Of a stretch of 43,743 bases of DNA, positions 35,608 to 43,743 are shown one piece after another (position 1 is the first letter of the stretch; every line of letters starts with the position of its first letter). Source of the stretch: Chiloscyllium plagiosum (taxonomy: Eukaryota); assembly GCF_004010195.1 (NCBI RefSeq), contig NC_057719.1, forward strand, positions 1-43,743, given 5' to 3'. Under the pieces are notes generated by a model. It was not told the origin of the DNA and searched no databases. It saw nothing but the letters and a program-made list of their open reading frames with translations. The position numbers and the translations under genes were made by a program.

Positions 35608-38405
35608 TCATCACAGTCAAAAATAAGGAAATAACTGACAGATTGACACTCTTAATGGAATGGTTATCTAATTTTAAAAATCTTTGTAACAAACGTGTTT
35701 CTCTTAAGAAGCACTGCAGCATTGTAACATTTACAGCATTATACTTTCGTCATATATTTATAATTAATTTGAAATCAGTTTCACCAACCAAGAAATAATG
35801 AAAACCAGTGATTTATTAGATGGACATTGCTAGATTTTATTTTAAAATTAATTATAGCTTGCTGTGAACAGTTTTGTGGTATTATTTCTGTGATGTCGAT
35901 GATTGATTGCTGTCATCTGAGCAGTGATCTTGAATTGATTGATGTGATGTTGATGACTAATATACCATCTGCTGTGAATTTTTTTTCAGTGATATTAATG
36001 ATTAAGTGCTCCGATTTACACAGTAACATTTATTATTGGTAATGTGATTTGCTCAGTGATAATTACTATGAATTAAAACTTCAGATCACATCACAGTTAG
36101 AATTCTCTAAAGTTTCTAAAAGAATGGCTAAATAACATTTTGAGTTCCCATTGTCACCACAATATTGTAAATGATTGATTCTGGCAGAAACACCTGAGAT
36201 ATACTGGCTAGATTTGCTACCACTGATCCTTCAGCTGGTATTAGTCAAGCTACTGACACCACGTGAGAAGAGATGCCCACAAGAACTCTTCAGCAGGAGT
36301 TGATGTTGTCTTAGTTAATCAGTAAGTGTTTACTCCGTATTACTTAGTATCTGGTTATAGTATATCTAAGGTACATGGTAGTCTCATAGCAGACAATCAG
36401 AATAAGAACACAGTAACTGCTAGATGGAAAACTAGCATGATACATTGAAGAACTGGTTAGCTCCTCTCAGAAATAGTCCTATCCATCCTGGTGATAGCTA
36501 TCTTGTGATATCAGTTAAACCATTCAAATACTTCTGCATACAACAATATTTAGTATCTCCAGGACTTACCACATTCCTCTGACTACACCAGATCCTGCGA
36601 TCGACGATCAGTGCCATGCACCTTCACATGCGCACACTGGACTCCACTCTGCAGCAACATCAACACAATCTTTCTCAAAGCTGTGCCATTCCCCACTTCC
36701 ACTTCACCCTTTGTCTCATCCGTCGCCTCAAAAAAACATTTTTTCTTTCTTTCAGGCATCAAGGCGCAAAAGCCCCAGAAACTGATGGACTCCCAACAAC
36801 AATCCTGCACTGCTCTCCCCTTTCCACCTCTCAGACCCCATCCCATCCTTTCACTCAGATCTGATCTTTACTGTCCCTTTGTACCCACCTCTTCCCCACC
36901 CTCCGATGCCATCCCTTTCCGTCCCCCAGAGATCACCCCCCCAACCTCAGCCCTTGTTGTTTTCACCATACCTCCTGAACTTCCCCTTTCTGAAAGTGAA
37001 CATACTGTCCTCAGCAAAGGACTTAGCTTCATACCCTTACGCTCCCACCTTGAATTTCAGGCTCGCCATGATGTTGAACTGTTTTCCAGCCGTCTCCATC
37101 TCCGCATTCACTTGTTCAGACAGGACTCCCCCTCATACCACTGATCCCTTCACCCAGTATTCCAGTATTCACCTTCCACTTGGACCTCTTCCCCAGCCTC
37201 TTACCTGCTCTCAATCTCTTCATTGAAAACTGTCAGTGTAACTTCAGCCATCTCAATGTCTCTGCTCCTCTCACCCACTCTAACCTGTCCCCTTATGAAA
37301 TTGGCCCACTTTGCTCTCTCAGGTCCAACCCTAACTTTGGCATCAAAGCCGCCTAACAAGGGTGGTCTGATTGTAGTCTGGCACACTGATCTTTACGTTG
37401 TAGAGGCTCAACGCCAACTCTTGGACACTTCCTACCACCCCCTGGACCATGACCCTACATCCGAACACTAAGCCTTTGTTGCCAGGACTGTCGCTGACCT
37501 CGTTACCTCCAGAGACCTCCTCCCACTACTCCCAACCTTATAGTCTCCCAACCCTCCACAGCTCACTTCTACCTCCTTCCCACAATACGATGGGTAGGCC
37601 CATCGTATCAGCCTGTCCTTGCCCCACTGAGCTCATTTTCTCCAGCCTTGATTCCACCCTCTCTCCCCTTATCCAGACCCTGCCCACCTACATCTGTGAT
37701 TCCTCTGATGCCCTCCACAACATTGACAATTTCCAGTTCTCTGGCCCTAACTGCCTCCTGTTCACCATGAATGTCCAATCCCTCTACACCTCCATTCCCC
37801 ACCAGGATGGTCTGCAAGCTCTTGACTTCCTCCTCGACCAGAATCCTGAACAATCTCCATCCGCTACCAATCTCCTCCACTTGGCAAAACTTGTTCTCTC
37901 ATTGAATCATTTCTCCTTTAGTTCATCTCACTTCTGCATAAGTGAAAAGAATGGCTATGAGTATCCGCACTTGTCTCAGTTATACCTGCCTCCTTATAGG
38001 GTATGTGGAAGAATCCTTGGTCCAGTCCTATACTCGCCCCCCTCTGACAACTCTTCTTGGTACATTGATGACTGTTCCAGTGCCACTTCATGCTCCCACC
38101 CTGGTCCTTGAGACATTTGTTCATTTTGCCTCCAATTTCCACTCCTCTATAACTTTCACATCGTTCATTTCTGACACTTCCTTTCCTTTCCTTGATCTCT
38201 CTGTCTCAATTTTGGGAAATAAATTGTCCACATTCATCCACTATAAAACCACTGACTCCCAAAGCTACCTTCACTACAGCTGTTCACACACCATGTCCTG
38301 CAAGGATTATATTCCATTTGTCTACGTCGTATCTGTTTGGATGATGCCACTTTCTAAAACAATGCTGCTGACATGGCTTCCTTCTTCCATAACTATGTTT
38401 TCCCA

Positions 38406-38613
38406 AGATTTGGAGATGCTGGTATTGGACTGGGGTGTACAAAGTTAAAAATCACACAACATCAGGTTATAGTCCAACAGGTTTATTTAGAAGCACTAGC
38501 TTTCGGAGCACTGCTCCTTCATCTCCACAACCATCTGATGAAGGAGCAGCGCTTCGAAAACTAGTGCTTCCAAATAAACCCTTTGGACTATGACCTGATG
38601 TTGTGTGATTTTC
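38406..38613. mobile_element. PLE family B fold-back insertion, 15-bp target duplication
   Basis: AACTATGTTTTCCCA at 38391-38405 and 38614-38628. Inverted arms ~38447-38522 and ~38537-38612, with a one-sided tail on the left. Hammerhead CTGATGA-a-GGAGC-agc-GCTTC-GAAA on the plus strand at ~38535-38565. Confidence 0.88.
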
Positions 38614-39462
38614 AACTATGTTTTCCCACCCATTGTGGTTGACGGGCCCTCAACCGCAATCAACCTATCATCCATGACTCACCCCTCATGCTCCTTCCCA
38701 TCACTCACAACACCATGATTGTGTTCCCCTTGTCCTCACTTTTCATCCCACTAGTCTCCACATCTAAACGATCATTCTCCGTCATTTCAGACAACCCCAG
38801 AAAAACATCACCACTAAACACACCTTCCCCTCATTCCCCCTCTCCGCATTTGCAGGGATTGTTCCCTCTGGGACACCCTAGTCCATTCCTTGACCACCAA
38901 CACCATGCTCCCCCCCTTCCCATGGGACCTTCCATATAACCACAGAAGGTGCAACACCTGCAATTCAACTCCTCCCTGTTCACCATCCAAGGGCCTGAAC
39001 AGTGTTTCCAAGTGAAGCAGCATTTCACCTACACCTTCTCCAATCTGGTCTATTGCATTCATTGCACCCAATGTGGCCTACTCTACATTGGAGAAACCAA
39101 ACGCAGACTGGGTGACTGCTTTGCAGAACACCTCTGGTCCGTGCTCAAGCATGACCCTGGCCATCCTGCAGCTGGACATCCAGCTTGCATGTTCACTTGT
39201 CTGTCCTCAGCATGCTGCAATACTCCAGCAAATCACACCGCAAACTGAAGGAACAACATCTCATCTTCAGATTAGGCACTTTACAACCTTCTGGGTTTAA
39301 TATTGAGTTCAGTAACTTTCAGATTGTGAACCCAATCCCATTTCTTCCCTTTCTTTTAGCTATACTTTTTGTATTCTCTGTCACTATGTCCTCTCTCCTC
39401 TTCCCTCACTCCAACTGGAGTACCTATTGTTTCCAGTTTTCCAATAGACACACTATTGTTCT

Positions 39463-39582
39463 AGTCAAAAGTGAGGACTGCAGATGCTGGAGATTAGAAT
39501 TGAGAGTGTGGTGTTGGTGAAACACAGCAGGTCAGGCAGCATCCAAGGAGCAGGAGAATTAACATTTTGGGTAAAAGCCCTT
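39463..39582 (-). mobile_element. Short PLE family A terminus inserted in the 3' UTR of the long PLE
   Basis: Reverse complement of the family A end including its tail; TTCT on both flanks. Confidence 0.8.
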
Positions 39583-40019
39583 CTGCCATTCTCACATACC
39601 AGTCACTTAATCTGCACTGTCAGCAGTCTTTCTCCCCTCAACACTCCACCCTCCCCCGCCCCAATATTGCATCAATGTTGTCCCCGTTGCAATTCATGTC
39701 AGCTCTGATGAAGAACCACCTAGAGTCAAAATGTAAGCTTGCTCTCTCCAAGGAAGCTGCCTAACCCGCTGTGATTTCCTACAATTTTTTCCCATACTCA
39801 TAACTGTTTGCCCTGATCTATTTACTGATATTGACTATTGATTAATTATTCTGATTGCTTAGTGATATTTATTGATCAACTGCTCAGTGACTGATTGCTC
39901 TGATTTGGACTATCCATTGATTTGTGTATTCTGTGTCTATAAATTAATTATTTTGATTTAATCACTGATATTGATGAGGGATTGCTCTGATTGACTAGGT
40001 GATATAGAATCATAGAACT

Positions 40020-40415
40020 GATTGATTTATTATTGTCACATGCACCAAGATACAGTGAAAAGTGTTGTTTTGTATGGTACACTGACAGAACATACATACA
40101 AAGTACGTAAGGTTAGCAGAACATTGTATTCTGCACTGTGTTACAACAACAGTGAAGGTGCAGAGAGAGAGGGAGGGATTAACATTTGGTTTGATTTATT
40201 ATTGTCACATGTAACTCGGTACAATGAAACGTTTTGCTTTGCACGCGGTACAGGCAGGTCATACCACACAAACTGCATAAAGGTATTAGAACAGAGCAAG
40301 GAATTTAATGTTACAGCTGCTGAGAAAGTGCACAAGGAACACGATCAACATTAAATTTAAAATTTGAGAGGTCTGTTCAAAAGTCTGATAACAGCAAGGA
40401 AGAAACTCTCTTGGA
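40020..40415 (-). mobile_element. Two tandem or nested degraded copies of a LINE/SINE 3' end (family uncertain, possibly Rex1/Babar-like)
   Basis: TGATTTATTATTGTCACATG...TACA(G/A)TGAAA occurs at ~40023 and ~40192. Confidence 0.45.
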
Positions 40416-40488
40416 CCTATTTAGAGTCATGGAGATGAACAACGCAGAAACAGACAGTTCAGTCCAACTCGTCCATGCCAACCAAATA

Positions 40489-41081
40489 CAGAAGAATCTT
40501 GATTATCCGAACGAGAAGGGCCCGCCCCCCAACCCCGTCCAACACCACCTGCCTTCCCCCACCCCAGCCCGCTCCCAACCCTGTCCAACACTGCCCCCAC
40601 CCCCTGGTCTGCCCCACCCCCTCTCCAGGGCAGCCACAATGGACACCAACAAGACTGCTGCTGCTGCTGCCTTTTGGGGGGGCTGAGTCTTCAAATAGCA
40701 CACACAAACAGCCACAAACAACTTTTTGCTGCAACGTTTTAACAGGTTTCACCTTTGCCCTGTACAGGACAAGGTTTACCTGGTGACAGGGGGTTTAGGG
40801 TTCACGCCTGTGTAAAAAACTCCAGGGAAATTGTGGGGGGAAGAGAGAGAGTGAGAGGACGGAAGGTCAGTCATTTGGAGACGGTCCTGGGCTCCCATCA
40901 GTCCAGGACTGTTCTCGGCAGCATTTCAGAAAGCGGAGTTCACTTTCAATCACTGTAAACAAAAGACGAGATCAGTGTTGGAAACACTTATTTGACATAA
41001 TATTTCTATCGGGACCTCGAGATCTCCTTTGGATAATCCGATATTCGGATAATTGATATTCAGATAATAGAGGTTCCTCTG
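40489..41081. mobile_element. pogo/Tigger-type MITE, TA target duplication, opposite orientation to 343-1263
   Basis: TA|CAGAAGAATCTTGATTATCCGAACGAG ... TTCAGATAATAGAGGTTCCTCTG|TA. Confidence 0.85.
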
Positions 41082-41309
41082 TATTCTAAACTAATGGAGT
41101 CCCATTTGCCAGCACTTGGCCCATAACTCTCTAAACCCTGCCTATTCATATACCCATCCAGATGCCTTTTCAATGTTGTAATTGTATCAATCTCCACCAC
41201 TTCCTCTCGCAGCTCATTCCAGAAACGCGCCACCCTTTGTGTGATAAAGTTACGTCTTAGGAGGTTTTAAAATCTTTCCCCTCTCACGCGAAACTTATAC
41301 CCTCTAGAA

Positions 41310-41648
41310 TCATCATCATAGAAGCCCTACAGTATGGAAACAAACTATTTGGCCCAACACGTCCACACTGACCTTCCAAAGGGAAACCTGCCAGACCCAT
41401 TCCCCTACCCTATTACTCTACATTTCCCCCTAATGCACCTAACCTACACATCCCTGAACACTATGAACAATTTAGCATAGCCAATTCACCTAACCTGCAC
41501 ATCTTTGGACTGTGGGAGGAAACCGGAGTACCCAAAGAAAACCCACACAGACATGGAGAGAATGTGCAAATTCCACCCGAGGCTGGAATCGAACCTGGGT
41601 CTCTGGCGTTGGGAGGCAGCAGTACTAACCACTGAGCCACCATGCCAC
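41310..41648 (-). mobile_element. HE1-type SINE
   Basis: Minus strand GTGGCATGGTGGCTCAGTGGTTAG...GGTTCGATTCCAGCC. Confidence 0.9.
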
Positions 41649-42704
41649 CTGTGTTCTGGACTCCCCCACCCCTGGAAAAAGACCCTGTCTATCTACCCTA
41701 TCCATGCCCCTCATGATTTTATAAACTTCTATAAGGTCACCCCCCAGCCTCCAACAGACCAGGAAAACAGTCCCAGCCTATTCAGTCTCTCCTTATAGCT
41801 CAAACTCTCCAACCCTGGCAACATTCCTGTAAATCTTTTCTGAACCCTTTCAGGTTTCATAATATCCTTCCTATAGGAGAGAGACCAGAATTGCACACAA
41901 TATTCTAAAAATGGCCTAACAAGTGTCCTGTACAGCCACAACATGACTTCCCAACTCTGATAATCAATGCTCTGACCATAAAGGAAAGCATACTAATCGC
42001 CTTCTTCACTATCCTGTCTACCTGAGACTCCACTTTCAAGGAACGATGAACCTGCACTCCAAGGTCTCTTTGTTCAGCAACACTCCCCAGGAACCTACCA
42101 TTAAGTATATAAATCCTGCCCTGATTTGCCTTTTCAAAATGCAGCACCTCACATTTATCTAAATTAAGCTCCATCTGCCACTCCTCGGCCCACTGGCCCA
42201 TCTGATCAAGATCATGTTGTACTCTAAGGTAACCTTCTTAGGTCCACTACACCTCCAATTTTAGTGTCATCTGCAAACTTACCAATTATACCTCCTATGT
42301 TCACATTTATGTAAATGATGAAAAGCAGTGGACCCTGCACCAATCCTTGTGGCACACCAATGGTCACAGGTTACCACTCTGAAAAGCGCCCCTCCACCAC
42401 CACCCTCTGTCTTCTACCTTCAAGCCAGTTATGTATCCAAATGGCTAGTTCGCCCTGTATTCCATGTGATCTAATCTTACTAACCATGAGGAGCCATGTT
42501 TTCAAACTATTATATCTTCTGGCCAACACATGAGGGTGGAAGAGAGTATAACCAGAGTGGGAGGCTCTTTGATTATGTTGCTTTTCTGTAATAGTGGGAA
42601 GTATAGAAGAAGTCAATGGAAGAAAAGCTAGTTGGTGTGATGGATGGAGCTGTGTCCATAACTCTGTATTTTCTTCCGATCTTGGGAAGAGCAGTTGAAT
42701 CACA

Positions 42705-43008
42705 GAACACCTATAGTATGGAAGCACGCCATTCAGCCCATCCATCCAGCCTACACCAACCCTCCAAAGACTCACCTCCCCTAACCTATTCCATTGACTC
42801 TGCATTTTCCATGGCCAATCCATGTAACCTGCACAATTTTGGACTGTTGGAGGAAACCAGAGCATCCAGATGACACACATACAGACAGTGTGTGTTGGTG
42901 GGGAGGTGGGATTGAATGTGCAAACTGCACTCCACTCAGTCACCTCAGGGTGAAAGCACAACTGGCTCCATGGCACTGAGACACAGCAGGGTTAAGCACT
43001 GAGCCACC
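42705..43008 (-). mobile_element. Degraded HE1-like SINE
   Basis: Recognisable remnants ttggactgttggaggaaaccagagca and gtgcaaactgcac...cactgagccac. Confidence 0.6.
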
Positions 43009-43020
43009 TGATCAAGATCA

Positions 43021-43743
43021 AGGATGGCTCTGATTGACTCACTGACATTGATTAGGGACACCTCTGATTGACTCAGTAATATTGATGAGGGATGGTTCTG
43101 ATTGATTCAGTTATATTGATTAGGGACAGCTCTGATTGATTCAGTGACATTGATTAGGGACGGCTCTGATTGATTGACTCTGACATTGATTAGGGATGGC
43201 TCTGACTGATTGACTCTGATATTGATTAGGGACGGCTCTGATTGATTAACTCTGACATTGATTAGGGACAGCTCTGATTGATACTGACATTGATTAGGGA
43301 CAGCTCTGATTGATTGACTCTGACATTGATTAGGGACGGCTCTGATTGATTGACTCTGATATTGATTAGGGACGGCTCTGATTGATTGACTCTGATATTG
43401 ATTAGGGACGGCTCTGATTGATTTACTCTGACATTGATTAGGGACGGCTCTGATTGATTCTGACATTGATTAGGGACGGCTCTGATTGATTGACTCTGAT
43501 ATTGATTAGGGATGGCTCTGATTGATTAACTCTTGACATTGATTAGGGACGGCTCTGATTGATTGACTCAGACATTGAGTAGGGATGGCTCTGATTGATT
43601 AACTCTTGACATTGATTAGGGACCGCTCTGATTGATTGACTCTCACATTGATTAGGGACAGCTCTGATTGACTCTCACATTGATTAGGGTCGGCTCTTAT
43701 TGACTCTCACATTGATTAGGGTCGGCTCTGATTGACTCTCACA
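43021..43743. repeat. Tandem repeat (minisatellite), consensus ~36 bp TGACATTGATTAGGGACGGCTCTGATTGATTGACTC, running off the window edge
   Basis: About 20 units are visible. Length varies mainly by loss or gain of TGAT tetramers. Degenerate at the left edge. Confidence 0.95.

Larger units (their letters stand above)
36560..39790 (+). mobile_element. Long decayed Penelope-like element (RT + GIY-YIG + 3' terminus)
   Basis: VLSKGLSFIP, KPPNKGGLIVV, GRPIVS, MNVQSLYTSIP, YIDD, FPFLDL, NLVYCIHCTQCGLLYIGETKRRLGDCFAEH, EQHLIFRLGTLQPSGFN. Decayed hammerhead CTGATGA at 39705. Many frameshifts. Confidence 0.9.
40420..42485 (-). mobile_element. CR1 3' fragment interrupted by a MITE and an HE1
   Basis: LEGRRQRVVVEG, QRDLGVQVH, LEYCVQFW. 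The 3' UTR is continuous across the MITE (accaaaTA|ttctaaactaat). Confidence 0.9.

Noticed and set aside
36189..36321. Possible plus-strand exon (cag|...|gtaagt)
   Set aside because: Weak acceptor and stops in all three frames.
43107..43466. Repetitive ORF (QSIRAVPNQ)n
   Set aside because: By-product of a 36-bp tandem unit; frame shifts between units and no splice or gene context.
43021..43743. CRISPR-like or telomeric array
   Set aside because: No unique spacers, the context is eukaryotic, and TTAGGG occurs only once per unit.
31114..43743. First coding exon of the NOXRED1-like gene
   Set aside because: I found no minus-strand segment resembling the expected N-terminus with a phase-2 donor. 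It probably lies outside the window, though I could have missed it.

Overview
Vertebrate nuclear DNA, most likely from a shark or ray (inferred from HE1-type tRNA-derived SINEs plus dense CR1 LINEs). Most of the window is decayed, deeply nested transposable elements filling the introns of a minus-strand gene. Three coding exons (31113-30914, 15687-15507, 13433-13276) have canonical AG/GT sites and compatible phases, and they splice into a NOXRED1-like protein with a Rossmann GxGxxG motif; the first and last exons were not found here. Repeats include many CR1 LINE fragments, a second CR1/L2-type LINE family, a decayed Gypsy LTR element, six HE1 SINEs, pogo/Tigger-type MITEs, several Penelope-like element (PLE) families, a terminal ~36-bp tandem repeat and three N gaps. 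The most interesting structures involve PLEs: (1) short fold-back insertions made mainly of a hammerhead-ribozyme-bearing terminus, with 12-16 bp target duplications; (2) an inverted duplication that copied a PLE terminus together with a DNA-transposon end, giving a new MITE-like unit; (3) a cross-family PLE chimera at an inversion junction; (4) repeated CpG decay of the ribozyme G12. I see no convincing wholly new protein-coding system. Family names come from recognising motifs, not from database searches, and boundaries of old repeats are approximate.
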